Origin: Blasia pusilla
Lineage: Eukaryota
Direction: 5' to 3'
Length of the DNA: 64,000 nt
Assembly: GCA_050084515.1 (NCBI GenBank)
Contig: CM114271.1
Location: 31,372,001 to 31,436,000 of the forward strand
Shown here: positions 27,601-39,316 of the stretch, piece after piece
How the letters are laid out: the number at the start of each line of letters is the position of its first letter
Numbering within the stretch: the first letter of the stretch is position 1
Notes under the pieces: generated by a model
Database searches by the model: none
Told to the model about the DNA's origin: nothing
Seen by the model: only the letters and a program-made list of their open reading frames with translations
Position numbers and translations under genes: made by a program

Positions 27601-28960
27601 AGTGTGTCTGCAGTCAAGTACTTATACAAATATGTATATAAGGGATTTGATGTTGTGTCATTTAAGCTGTCAAAGAATATGAAGACATCAACCGTAATTG
27701 ATGTTATTGATGAGACAACATCATATCTGGATGAGAGATATGCTCCTTTGTTTAATTTCTATCATGCTATATATCTGTCTATTTTTGGACTTAACACATC
27801 TTAGTTCCTACTTCTTACTTTGATTATTGGAATTCTTATTCCAAATATATCTCTTCTTCATAGGCGTGTTGGCGACTATTCAATTTTAGTCTACATGCAG
27901 AATCTCTGAGTATTGGGCGATTAGCGGTTCATCTTATGGAGAAAAAATTTGTTTACTTCAATGATCTTGACGTTGTTGGGGATGTTTTGCAACAAAATAG
28001 AGAGACAACTCTAACTTAATGGTTTGCAACGAATAGATATGACTCTAATGCTTGACAATATCTTTATATCGATTTGCCTTTGTTTTATCGTTGGAGTAAT
28101 AAGATATGGATACGTAGGGTACAAAGAAGAAATGGTTGTGGCCATCCTATTGGTCGGTTATACCTTACTCATCTAGGTATATACTTTGTCTCCTTTTACC
28201 TATTATTACTTTCAACTCTTGCATATCACTTTTAAAATGAGGAATCTATTGTGGAAATAAAATGGACTAATTTATTTCATGTCTTTTCTTCAAAGGTGAA
28301 GGAGAACCTCATTAGTTAAGATTACTCCTTCATCATATTCGAGGAGCAACTACATTTGAATGCATAAGGATTGTTAATGGAATATTGTGTCCTACATTTA
28401 AGGAGACCGCTATCCAATTGGGACTCCTTGAAGATGATAGGGAAGTGTTTTGTTGTTTTGAAGAAGCTTCTACAATCCACATGGGTTCTTCACTTTGTCG
28501 TTTATTTGCAATCATTTTAGCTTACAACACTCATGCTCAACCTGCAACACTATGGAATCAATTCTTGGTTCCACTAATTAAGGATCTCTTATATAAACGA
28601 CGTCAGGTAAGCCTTAATTTTTAAAACTCCTTACATAATTCCTTGCTTCTTTATTGAGCACTATCTTCTATTGAGGATGAAAAAAACTAATCATGATTTC
28701 TACATATGTTTGGACGTTTCCATTGTAGAAAACAGGAATTCCTAATCTTCATGTTGATGATGGTATCCTTAATAATGCATTGTTGGAAGTGCATTATTAT
28801 TTGCAAGATCAAGGAAAGAGATTATCAAATTTTCCACATATGCCTCAAGCTAATTTCCAAAGCCTACACTCATATTCATATTTAGAGGAACAAGAGCTCT
28901 TATATGATACCGAGGAGTTGTATGAACAGTTATAATTTGGAGAAGCGTATTTGAAACAAG
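24640..28960 (+). pseudogene. Helitron RepHel N-terminal zinc-binding region and HUH Rep domain, intron-containing and degraded
   Basis: CPSCRALRW..CCDHG; FAQLYIHD; PSSFTRGPRHMHQLYQDSMA; FLTMKCNPKW (motif 1); EFQKRGLPHVH (HUH); KYLYKYVYKG (motif 3). GT-AG introns at ~25049-25150, ~27385-27477, ~28177-28295 and ~28606-28736. Confidence 0.92.
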
Positions 28961-30129
28961 AAAATAATACATCCTTAATTTAGAAAAGAATTACACGTTT
29001 GTATTATTTTCTTGTTTCCTTAATTTAGAAAAGAATCAAATCAAAAAATATGCAATTTTCCATCCTAGTTTTTTAATTGAAAATATTTCTCAATGTTGAA
29101 AATTTTCTCATAAATATGTACTTTCACATAATAATGTACATAGATATATAAATATATAGATACACATTAGTATTGACAAAAATTCAGTGTCCTTTCTTGT
29201 TGCAAGGTGAAACAAAAGCCCCACCCGCTTCAAATTCTTATTTCGGAAAATCTATTTTTCTCCCTCCATTAATATCCTTCTTAACTACTAATGTGTGACT
29301 CTTGTCTTCGTTAATTGAAAACAAATCCTTCCCCAAAATTTTCCCACTTCCTCTTTTTTAAATTTGGAGAAATAAAATTGAATCATTTTCCCCATTTTAC
29401 CATCCTCCCATCCTCATCTCCTTATTTTTAAAGGAGATATTTCCTTCTTAAACCCCCTCATGATAATTTACATATTTTCTAGTAATACACACATTTACCC
29501 ATTAAAATGGAGATAAAATAAACTTAGTTAATGGACGAAATTATTTGAAGCTAGTGGCCACGTGATAGGAATCATAGGATAAATGTCGTGCAATGAGCTC
29601 ACTATCACAAAGGGGTACATTTTGTAAGCAAAATAGATCATAAATAAATAGAAACTTGTGGAACACATTTGGATCAAGATGTCGCAAAGAGAGCCACAAA
29701 ATAGGGGACTAAAAATCCACCACCACGTTGAAATTTAATATCCATTTTCTCAATGAAAATTTCTTCCAATCATGTCATTCCCAATATAATTTCCCAGATC
29801 CATTTTCTATCAATGATATATCTTTCATATTTCTATGTCATTCTGAATCCTCCTAAGGAAAACTCAAATTACTTTCTTTTCCCATCGCCAAATTACTCCT
29901 TGCTCATTTTCTCAATTTTTTTTGTGGTGGGAAGTTTCAAATTTAGATCCATAAAGTGATCCATTGTCTATTGGAACCACATAGTTTTGTGATTACTGAT
30001 AAAAGTCAAACTAATTTAATAACAAAATTTAAGACATCCATCTTACTATCTTTATCTGACACCATGTTAAATACTTATAATTCAAATTTTAAATTATATC
30101 GCACGTCTATGGGTTTAACAAAGGCAGTC

Positions 30130-30162
30130 ATACCCAATTGCATCCCACGAGCATCTACCTAG
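30130..30162 (+). mobile_element. Helitron-type 3' terminus
   Basis: Degenerate hairpin (cccaattgcatcccacgag) followed by catctacCTAG|T, resembling the other termini in the window. Confidence 0.5.
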
Positions 30163-32554
30163 TTTATATTTATGCTATGTGGCATTATGTGACCCCACTC
30201 TATGTTTTAAGAAGTCAGACCAATTATTAAATGGGGTTATAAGGAAAAGACCCTCGCAAGCAATGATATTAGTAAGGTCCGCGTAGACCTTATTAAATAA
30301 ATTTTCTTTAAAAAAAGATTGGGATTATTAAATACGACGAAGAGGGATTTTATGATGAACTAGGGGAGACCTACTGAGATGAACCTCCAAATTCTGCGTT
30401 TAATTCTGCTGTGCCGTGAAATTAAATTTGGAGTAACGGCGGTTCACTGTAGTAGCGAAGCGTGCCCTAGTTGAAGTCAGAGCAGAGGAGTAACTAACTA
30501 GTTTGGAGCGAACTTAAAATTAGCAGCGATTCCTGAGCGCTTGAAAGCCTTGGTGATAATTAACGGGAGCCGCACCCGGAACGCTGGACCTGACCTGACC
30601 GAGCGAGAGGATTTCCTACTGTAATGTCCCCGCAACGAACGGGTCGTAGAGAACGTTTGACGAGGGAGTGGATAGAGACGGGACGGGCGCATCGATGCAT
30701 CCGTTTGAATCCAGCTCTCTAGAATCCCAGATGTCCAACAGGCGTGCGACCTTCACAATCCAAGGCGCGCTCGTCTTTTCCTGCGCCCGGCGCTGATGCC
30801 ACCGCTTTTCCCTTCACATCTCAGTCTATTAACTACTCCCGAGACCCGGCTGGATCTGTGACGATCTTATTTGCGAGGCTCGGCAATTTTAGCTGATTTT
30901 AGCGAGACGGAGTTTGGGTTTCGGGTTTATGAGAATGTCATTGTGATTGAATTGCTTTCTTTCTAGTTCACTTCCTGAAGAGCCCTCTAAATCTCGCGAA
31001 TCCTTGCGTTGTCTCTCGCTCCTGTGGACGGACCAGCTGCGTTCTTCCATCGGTGCATTTGGTAGCTTAATCGCTACACACGATGTTTAGTCTCGCTCGC
31101 ATATCACATCGTATGTAAGCGCTGATTTGAAGTTCCCTTCTTCCGTGCAACTCATCGTATCCCTATCTCCGAGAGTTGAGTTTGAGCTGTACATGCATGC
31201 ATGGCCGCACTAAAATAAGAAATTGTTCTAGAAGTTGTAGCAGTGAATTTCTTTCAAAGCTTTTGAATTTGATTGAGACGCCACAGGTGAGCTTACCTGT
31301 TTCCGACCCACTCTGTCACCCCCTCCCGCGTTTTATGTTCTTGTTTAAGCATTATGTGGGAGTAGTGGCGTCCGAGAGGAAATAGGCTTCTGTCCATGTC
31401 TCGCCTCGTCCCCATGACCACATTTTGATAGATTCGCGCTCCAAATCGATTCCACGTTATTGCCTTCCCTTCACTACTCCCGCCTTCGCCGTTCACGGAG
31501 CTTTCCTTCCCTTCAGAAAGCTACCGATTGTGGCTTTTCCTGCACCCGAGTTGTCAGCAAACACACCTCTCCGCTTCTTGGACCGACCATTCCTTCTACC
31601 GCCACTCTCCCTCGCAATGCGGTGGCGGCTGTCTCTGGATCTATGGGCAAATCGTGCAGATTTCTTCTAGTGTCCTGCAATCGTGTGAGTTCCTTTATCC
31701 CACGTGATGAATTAACGAATGGAAGGCTTCGTTCATCCCTACGTTCCTTGTTCGTATCGATGATCCAAGTTCCAGTAACACCCATTTTTCTGACTGTCAT
31801 GATGAAAGACCTCTCGTGTGGGGGTTGAATTCTACCTGAGCCAAGGTCGCTCCAAAGAATGCAATTTATTCCTGTGGAAGCTTTTGTACTCCAGCCAGCG
31901 AGAGTAGTGTGGTAAGTGCACTCGGTGGGTTTCAGCACGGGGCTCATCCTACTGACATTACGGCCATCCCCAGTTCATTCACAGATTCTACATTTCTGGA
32001 TCGACTCCAGCACTAAAGCGTGTCGGAGCTTGCAGCATACCTCGACTGAGGTCGGCAGTCATCCACTCCTGATAGGCTCCTAGGTGAACGACCCTATTCC
32101 TCCGATTCCCATCAAGAGACACGACTAGGTCCGTTTGTGGTAGAGAGTCCGCAGATTTAAGAACCGTGGTTGCTGAGTTGACGGCATCCAGTTTAGTGTT
32201 GAAGATGTAACATCACTGCGCTGCAGTAATCAGAGTGGAAGATAAATGGAATCGATCTTCCCATTACATCACAAGCGCGAGACTTCAGAAACACTCATAG
32301 ATCTGCTCGTTTGTGATATTAATACTGTCTCGTCTAACCTCACCTTTTGTTTCTCATGGATTAGTAACCTCTCAAGAAGTTCATTGCATTTGTAAAACGT
32401 AAACTCGTGACGATCATGAAATCGGTCGGAGTTCCGCTGCTCAAGTCTTCCTGATTTATCATCCCTATGAGAAATCAGGAATCAGTCCTTAGCCTCGGCA
32501 CCTACATGTGCGGATCGGTAACTCACCTTTATGTTCATGATCTTTGCACAGAAG

Positions 32555-35500
32555 ATGGAACCCTATTTCAGAGACAAGACCCCAGGCCCCGGAACTTACA
32601 ATGTTGATCCAGCGTCAAGAACAGTCAGTCCCTCCCCACCTGCCTATTCCATGGCTGTCAAGTTCAGAGCGAGAGACACTTCAGACCAACCTGGGCCAGG
32701 AGCTTACACTCCACGCGTAGGAGGCCGGGGACCTGCATATACAATTCCAGGTCGAGGCGATCAGCACAGAGGCCCCGATGGACCTGGGCCAGGTGCTTAT
32801 ACACCTGGTGTTGATGGCACGACACCGAGTTCACCTGCTTATACGATGCCCGGTCGATACAAAGCTGGTACTGGCGCAAAAAGCCCAGGTCCCGGTGCAT
32901 ATAACGTCAGAGCGAAAGCGGCAGGTCCCCACTATACTATAGCAGGAAGGAGGGCAAGCTCGCTGAGCGACAAGACTCCAGGGCCAGGTGCCTACGATGC
33001 TGGATCCAGTTCAGGTGCGCCCGCTTACACAATAGCTGGGCGATTTCATGAAGGTACCTCAGACAGAGGACCTGGACCAGGGACCTACAATGTGAAGATT
33101 AGATCATCAGCCCCAGCATACACCCTCCCCAAGCGACTGGGCAATCTGAGACTCAATGATACACCAGGGCCAGGAGCTTACTCAGGAAATGCGAGACTCG
33201 TTCACCCAAGAGAACCCGCATATACACTAGCGGCCAGGCAACATGACCCCACTGGGCCAGCTGGTCCAGGTCCTGGAGAGTATTCGCCAAATCCACGAGA
33301 CAAAGGTCCAGCTTTCTCCATCGCAGGGAGACCAGATGACAGAAACCGTGAAAACTTTCCTGGACCTGGAGCGTACAATGCAGATGACAGACCCACAAGC
33401 CCGTGTTACACAATTGCTGGCAAGGCACCTGCCAGTAATTTGGAGAAAGGTCCAGGGCCAGGAGCGTATGATCCCCGAGACAAGTCGGGAGCTCCAGCAT
33501 TTAGCATGGCAGGCAGATACATAGTCGGACTTGGGGAGAACGTTCCAGGTCCTGGAGCTTACAATCTTCCAGGTGGATCAGCTCCTGCTTTCACAATAGC
33601 TGGGCGACTGGGTAAAGAAGACCCATTTCCAAATCCAGGACCAGGGGCATACAATCCTGACTTGAGATCGGGCGCACCTTCTTACACTATCGCAGGGAGA
33701 CGAGATGAGCACTACGATCCAAGAGCCCCGGGTCCTGGTACATACAATCCAGAGTTGAAGTCGGGAGCTCCCGCGTACAGCATGGCCGGGCATCACCCTG
33801 ATGGACCAAGTTTTCAGGGTCCAGGTCCTGGTACTTATAACGTCCGGTCAGGACCAGACGGTCCGGCCTACAGCATGCCCGGCAGGAACGAAAGAAAAGC
33901 AGTAGACGAAGCTCCCGGCCCCGGTGCTTATTCAGCTAATCTTCCAGGAGGTACGCCCGCTTACACCATCGCTGGAAGGTATAAAGCAACCCTTGGCCCC
34001 AAAACACCTGGGCCTGGTGAATACTCAGTGAGAATCAAGTCAGGCGCTCCTGCATTCAGTATGGCGGGAAAACATGCGGCCGGAATCGGTGACAACGTCC
34101 CAGGTCCCGGGGCTTACAATCTTCCAGGTGGGTCAGCTCCTGCTTTCACAATAGCTGGGCGATTGGAAAAAGAGGATCCCTTTTCAAACCCTGGACCAGG
34201 GACTTATAATCCAGACGTGAGATCGGGTTCACCTTCTTATACCATAGCAGGGAGACGAGAGGAGCACTACGACCCAAGTGCCCCAGGTCCTGGTACATAC
34301 AATCCACTACTCAAATCAGGAGCTCCAGCTTACAGTATAGCAGGCCATCACTCTGATGGACCCAGTTTCCAGGGTCCAGGCCCAGGTGCTTACGATGTTC
34401 GAGCGAGGGATGATGGCCCAGCCTACACCATTGCTGGCAGGCCACAGGATAGTGTAAACGACAATTCACCGGGACCCGGAGCTTACTCACCTGATGGGAA
34501 GAATTACACACCAGCATACACGATGGGCAGTCGAAACGCAGTTTTACCCGGAGACGGTCCCAAACCTGGGCCAGGAGCTTACAACCCTAGAGACAAATCC
34601 TCGGCCCCCGCATATACAATTGCAGGAAGAACTCAGGCTGGCAGAGGAGATAACAATCCAGGGCCCGGGACCTACAATCTCCCGGATGGTTCAGCACCAG
34701 CTTTCACAATTGCTGGTCGACATGAAATCGTGGATCCGTTTGCAGGTCCTGGACCTGGAACATATAATCCTGCGATTGGAGGACATGGACCAGCTTACAC
34801 CATGGCAGGAAGGCACGATATGTCTGGACGAGACGGACCACCAGGTCCTGGGGCGTACACTGCAGCCCAAGGGGGTGGCGGGCCAGCTTTTACAATTGCT
34901 GGTCGACATGAAGATCATTCTCCAGATTCAAACCCTGGGCCAGGTACATACACCGTAGCTGGTGCTGCCGGCGGACCTGCATACACAATTGCGGGAAAGC
35001 CTCAAGTCAATACTTCTTCCGCAAGTCCAGGTCCAGCAGCGTACTCTCCCATCTTGAATTACACGCTCTACACCGCTCCAGCTTACACCATACCAGGTCG
35101 TGATCATGCATCGAAGATAGACCAGAGTCCTGGCCCTGGGCAGTACAATGCACCCCAATCACCAAGAGGACCGGCATACACATTGGCAGCGCGAGTACGC
35201 GAATCGACTTTAGAAAAGGTTCCAGGCCCAGGGGCCTACGAGAATGTCCATCGTTCGGCTTCACCAGCGTACACCATTGCTACCAAGCTTGCCTACAAGG
35301 AGAATGAAATAAGCCCTGGACCCGGAACGTATACTATTAGGCCAGATCCAGGAGGCCCTGCTTTCCACATTGCTCATAGGTATGAGTACAAACACGGCCC
35401 TGATGCACCCGGTCCAGGCGCCTACAACCCTGATAAGAGAAGTGGATCTCCTGCTTACACAATTGCGAAGAAATGGCGGACAGAACCGCAGGACTCAAGC

Positions 35501-38500
35501 CCAGGTCCCGCAGATTATAATGTCCACATACATTCCGGCGTTCCCGCTTACAGCATTGCAGGTCGACCCATAGGTCCGCAGGGAGACCAAGGTCCTGGTC
35601 CAGGCGCATACATGTGTTACGTGAAGAGCTCAGCACCAGCTTTTAGTATGGCAGGGCGGTACATACCTTCTCATGCTCCCCCCTATCCAGGACCAGGGCA
35701 TTATGAGAACAGACCTAAGAGTGCTGCTCCAGCCTACACAATTGCCGGTAGACAGCACATTATTGTTGCTGTTCGTACGCCAGGGCCGGGAGCCTACAAT
35801 CTTCCAGAAGGTTCGGCACCAGCTTTTTCGATTGCGACTAGGTTTAAGCGAGGCTCAGAAGAGGCATCTCCGGGTCCAGGTGCTTACCTCGTAATCAAAA
35901 AATCAGGTGCGCCCGCTTACACAATCTCCAGACGCTATAAAATAAGAGTTGGTGAAGACACTCCAGGACCTGGTGCCTATGTTGCACCGGCCAGTCCCTA
36001 CACCCCTGCTTTCTCGATCGCAGGACGCTTTAAGGATCCACATAACTTTATGGTTCCTGGACCAGGCACCTACAACATCATTGCCAAAATTGGGGGTCCT
36101 GCATTCACTATTCCAGGGCGCCCATTTGATAGTAAGGGTGATCAAACTCCAGGGCCCGGGGCATACACTCTTGGCTTTCTTGGAGGCCCCCCAGCCTACA
36201 CTATCGCTGGAAAAGACAAGGATTTGAGGATAGAGAAAGGACCCGGGCCTGGAGCCTACAATGTGTCTCGTGCACTTTGTGGACCTGCCTATACAATTGC
36301 GGCGAGATGGGCAGAATCATTGGCGGAGAGAACACCAGGACCCGGTACTTACAATGCTCTTGATGCAAAATCTCCAGCTTTCAGCATTGGCATCCATCTA
36401 AACAACAGAGCAATTGAGCAGACGCCAGGGCCAGGAACCTACACCCTGGCAAAAATTTTGGCTGGACCTTCCTACACTATTGCTGGGAGACATCCGTATG
36501 GACCCGAAGACAAAACACCAGGACCAGGAGAATATAAGATTGACCCCAAATTGTTTGGTTACAGACCCCCTGCCTTCTCTTTAGGTGCTCATCTTGGAAA
36601 GAGAGCGCTTGATGAAGGGCCAGGACCAGGAGCATACAGCCCACGCCACGGCCCAGCCGGTCCAGCTTTCTCAATACCTGGGAGACCTCTAGATCCGCAA
36701 GGTGAGAGGGGCCCAGGACCAGGAGCATACTCACCTGATAAGCCATCCGGTGCCCCAGCTTACACAATTGCAAGTAAGGCGGTGCCAGATCTAATTCCGA
36801 AGACACCCGGACCAGGCCACTACAACAACTTGCCCCCATCTGGTGCTTCGGCCTACACAATAGCGGCAAGATGGCATGATTCCTTTCAAGAGAAGACGCC
36901 AGGACCAGGAGCATACCAGCTGCCAGATTACAACGCTCCAGCTTTCTCAATAGCAGGTAGGCATGACGTTGCGGATCCACACCCATCGCCAGGTCCCGGC
37001 ACGTACAATAATTTGCCTGCATCAGATGCACCTGCTTACTCTATGGCTGCGCGAAACGATCGAGTAGACCCTGCTCCAGGACCAGGCCCAGGAGCGTACA
37101 GCCCTGAACAAAGGAGTGGGTTCCCCGCTTACACAATTGCTGCGAAATGGAAACTCGGTTTAGAAGTGGAAAGCCCTGGACCTGGGGCTTACAACGTAAG
37201 GCTTCCAGCTCCAGGCCCAGCTTACACCATCGCAGGAAGAGCAGATGACGGCCGTGGAGACCAGAACCCAGGCCCAGGGGCTTATAATCCTGACCCAGGT
37301 TCAGTGGCACCAGCCTTCTCCATGGCAGGTAGATATCTACCCAGCCATGAGCCAAAAACCCCTGGCCCTGGTGCATACAAGATAGTTTTACCGAAGGGGC
37401 TGGCGTACACAATTGCTGGTAAACATAAAGACTCCTTGGCTGCAAACACTCCAGGGCCTGGAGCATATGAGGACTTAAGGCCATCGAGTGCACCAGCGTT
37501 CACAATACCAATACGGTTCAAATACAAAGAAGATGTGGTCGGCCCGGGACCCGGAACATATTCCCCTCGAAAAGATCTTGGGGGCCCGGCCTTCTCTATG
37601 CCGGGAAGACCAATTGAAAGCTATGAAGGCAACAGCCCAGGTCCTTGTGCTTATAACCTTCCAAAAGTTGGTGGTGCTCCAGCGTTCAGCATGGCCAGAA
37701 GATATGATGCGCACCTGAATCCTGACACTCCTGGGCCTGGAGCGTACCAGCCACGCCCAGATGGTACGGGACCTGCTTACACGATTGCAGCCAGAGACAT
37801 TGACCCGAAGAAGGACGATATCCCTGGACCTGGAGCTTACAGCCCTGACCCACATGGAGCCGCTCCAGCTTTCACTATGGGCTCCAGATACCTCGAGTCA
37901 CACGCACCAAAAACACCCGGTCCAGGCCAATATGATAATTTGCCCCCATCCGGTACTCCAGCTTACACAATTGCTGCTAGACCCCACGAATCAGGGTTGG
38001 AGAAGTCTCCAGGTCCAGGAGCATACGCACCACAGGATATGCACACGAGGCCTCCAGCTTTCACAATTGCTATTAGGTTACCTTATTTTGACCAAGAAAA
38101 GACGCCAGGTCCTGGCGCTTACTCTCCAGTGAAACGGTCAGATGCACCTGCCTACACCATACCTGGTAGGAATGAACCCAAGTATCCCCAGATTGTCCCA
38201 GGACCAGGTGCATACTCACCTGAAAGCACGAGCCCACGCGCTCCTGCATACACGATTGCTGCAAAATGGAGGCACGGATTGGAAGGTGAAGGTCCAGGAC
38301 CAGGAACTTACAACGTTCAGCTTCAGCCAAGTAGCCCAGCATATAGCATTCCAGGACGAGATAACGCTCCTAAATCGGACATGACGCCGGGTCCAGGGGC
38401 CTATGAAGCTGAACCAAATCCTTACACTCCTGCCTTCTCGATTGCAGGACGTTTTGACGCTCATAAACCGGATAAAACTCCCGGCCCTGGGCAATATAAT

Positions 38501-39316
38501 GTTAACACAAAGTCGGACGCACCGGCTTATACAATGCCCGGAAAACTAGCGCCTTCCCTGCAAGAGAAGACTCCAGGTCCAGGGGCTTATAATGCCGACG
38601 AGAGACCTCACAGTCCTGCTTTCACAATCGCTCAGAAGTTGAAGTATTTTGACAAGGAAGTGAATCCAGGTCCAGGCACATATTCTCCAAATGGACCTGG
38701 TAAAGGCCCGGCCTACAGCATGGCTTTCAGGCATGAAGAAGTCGTGGATCCACGGGCACCTGGTCCGGGTACTTACGACATCAGACCTGAACGAGGCCAA
38801 GGAGTAAGCATGGGCCAGAGGTATAAAGATGTAGCTGATTGGGAGAGGCCTGGTCCAGGATCTTACGACCCTAGAGGCAGATCGGCAGCTCCCGCCTACA
38901 CTATCGCTGGCAGACCCGTAGAAAGTGCAGATCAAGGACCGCCTGGCCCCGGAGCGTACACTCCTGGTCCACAAGATGGAGCACCTGCATACACGATAGC
39001 AGGGAGATGGCAGGAGTCCAAGATAGAGAAAGGACCAGGACCAGGTGCTTACAATCCGGATGACAAGTCTGGAGCACCAGCTTACACAATTGCTGGGCGG
39101 CATTTGTATGAAGGAGATACATCTGGGCCGGGGCCAGGTGCGTATGAAGCGCCACCAGCAACTGCCCCCGCCTTCTCTATCGCCCAACGTTTCAAAAACA
39201 AACTGCTGGAGAAGACACCGGGACCAGGGACGTACAAGCCCGACGTTAATCCCACAAAAACCAAATCCCCTGCTTTCAGTATGAGGAAACGACCCTTTTG
39301 GTTTTACTTGAAGTAA
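32555..39316 (+). CDS. Giant sperm-tail PG-rich (SHIPPO/ODF3/STPG) repeat protein, ~2253 aa, 72 PGPGxY repeats; probable axonemal or microtubule-associated protein
   Basis: Uninterrupted 6.8-kb ORF of ~31-aa units PGPG(A/T)Y-x8-PA(Y/F)(T/S)(I/M)AGR. A splice-acceptor-like tttgcacAG at 32550-32551 precedes ATG 32555, so the ORF-track start (32531) probably lies in an intron. GC-richer upstream DNA (30400-32500) with GT donors suggests 5' UTR exons. Confidence 0.93.
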   Translation: MEPYFRDKTPGPGTYNVDPASRTVSPSPPAYSMAVKFRARDTSDQPGPGAYTPRVGGRGPAYTIPGRGDQHRGPDGPGPGAYTPGVDGTTPSSPAYTMPGRYKAGTGAKSPGPGAYNVRAKAAGPHYTIAGRRASSLSDKTPGPGAYDAGSSSGAPAYTIAGRFHEGTSDRGPGPGTYNVKIRSSAPAYTLPKRLGNLRLNDTPGPGAYSGNARLVHPREPAYTLAARQHDPTGPAGPGPGEYSPNPRDKGPAFSIAGRPDDRNRENFPGPGAYNADDRPTSPCYTIAGKAPASNLEKGPGPGAYDPRDKSGAPAFSMAGRYIVGLGENVPGPGAYNLPGGSAPAFTIAGRLGKEDPFPNPGPGAYNPDLRSGAPSYTIAGRRDEHYDPRAPGPGTYNPELKSGAPAYSMAGHHPDGPSFQGPGPGTYNVRSGPDGPAYSMPGRNERKAVDEAPGPGAYSANLPGGTPAYTIAGRYKATLGPKTPGPGEYSVRIKSGAPAFSMAGKHAAGIGDNVPGPGAYNLPGGSAPAFTIAGRLEKEDPFSNPGPGTYNPDVRSGSPSYTIAGRREEHYDPSAPGPGTYNPLLKSGAPAYSIAGHHSDGPSFQGPGPGAYDVRARDDGPAYTIAGRPQDSVNDNSPGPGAYSPDGKNYTPAYTMGSRNAVLPGDGPKPGPGAYNPRDKSSAPAYTIAGRTQAGRGDNNPGPGTYNLPDGSAPAFTIAGRHEIVDPFAGPGPGTYNPAIGGHGPAYTMAGRHDMSGRDGPPGPGAYTAAQGGGGPAFTIAGRHEDHSPDSNPGPGTYTVAGAAGGPAYTIAGKPQVNTSSASPGPAAYSPILNYTLYTAPAYTIPGRDHASKIDQSPGPGQYNAPQSPRGPAYTLAARVRESTLEKVPGPGAYENVHRSASPAYTIATKLAYKENEISPGPGTYTIRPDPGGPAFHIAHRYEYKHGPDAPGPGAYNPDKRSGSPAYTIAKKWRTEPQDSSPGPADYNVHIHSGVPAYSIAGRPIGPQGDQGPGPGAYMCYVKSSAPAFSMAGRYIPSHAPPYPGPGHYENRPKSAAPAYTIAGRQHIIVAVRTPGPGAYNLPEGSAPAFSIATRFKRGSEEASPGPGAYLVIKKSGAPAYTISRRYKIRVGEDTPGPGAYVAPASPYTPAFSIAGRFKDPHNFMVPGPGTYNIIAKIGGPAFTIPGRPFDSKGDQTPGPGAYTLGFLGGPPAYTIAGKDKDLRIEKGPGPGAYNVSRALCGPAYTIAARWAESLAERTPGPGTYNALDAKSPAFSIGIHLNNRAIEQTPGPGTYTLAKILAGPSYTIAGRHPYGPEDKTPGPGEYKIDPKLFGYRPPAFSLGAHLGKRALDEGPGPGAYSPRHGPAGPAFSIPGRPLDPQGERGPGPGAYSPDKPSGAPAYTIASKAVPDLIPKTPGPGHYNNLPPSGASAYTIAARWHDSFQEKTPGPGAYQLPDYNAPAFSIAGRHDVADPHPSPGPGTYNNLPASDAPAYSMAARNDRVDPAPGPGPGAYSPEQRSGFPAYTIAAKWKLGLEVESPGPGAYNVRLPAPGPAYTIAGRADDGRGDQNPGPGAYNPDPGSVAPAFSMAGRYLPSHEPKTPGPGAYKIVLPKGLAYTIAGKHKDSLAANTPGPGAYEDLRPSSAPAFTIPIRFKYKEDVVGPGPGTYSPRKDLGGPAFSMPGRPIESYEGNSPGPCAYNLPKVGGAPAFSMARRYDAHLNPDTPGPGAYQPRPDGTGPAYTIAARDIDPKKDDIPGPGAYSPDPHGAAPAFTMGSRYLESHAPKTPGPGQYDNLPPSGTPAYTIAARPHESGLEKSPGPGAYAPQDMHTRPPAFTIAIRLPYFDQEKTPGPGAYSPVKRSDAPAYTIPGRNEPKYPQIVPGPGAYSPESTSPRAPAYTIAAKWRHGLEGEGPGPGTYNVQLQPSSPAYSIPGRDNAPKSDMTPGPGAYEAEPNPYTPAFSIAGRFDAHKPDKTPGPGQYNVNTKSDAPAYTMPGKLAPSLQEKTPGPGAYNADERPHSPAFTIAQKLKYFDKEVNPGPGTYSPNGPGKGPAYSMAFRHEEVVDPRAPGPGTYDIRPERGQGVSMGQRYKDVADWERPGPGSYDPRGRSAAPAYTIAGRPVESADQGPPGPGAYTPGPQDGAPAYTIAGRWQESKIEKGPGPGAYNPDDKSGAPAYTIAGRHLYEGDTSGPGPGAYEAPPATAPAFSIAQRFKNKLLEKTPGPGTYKPDVNPTKTKSPAFSMRKRPFWFYLK

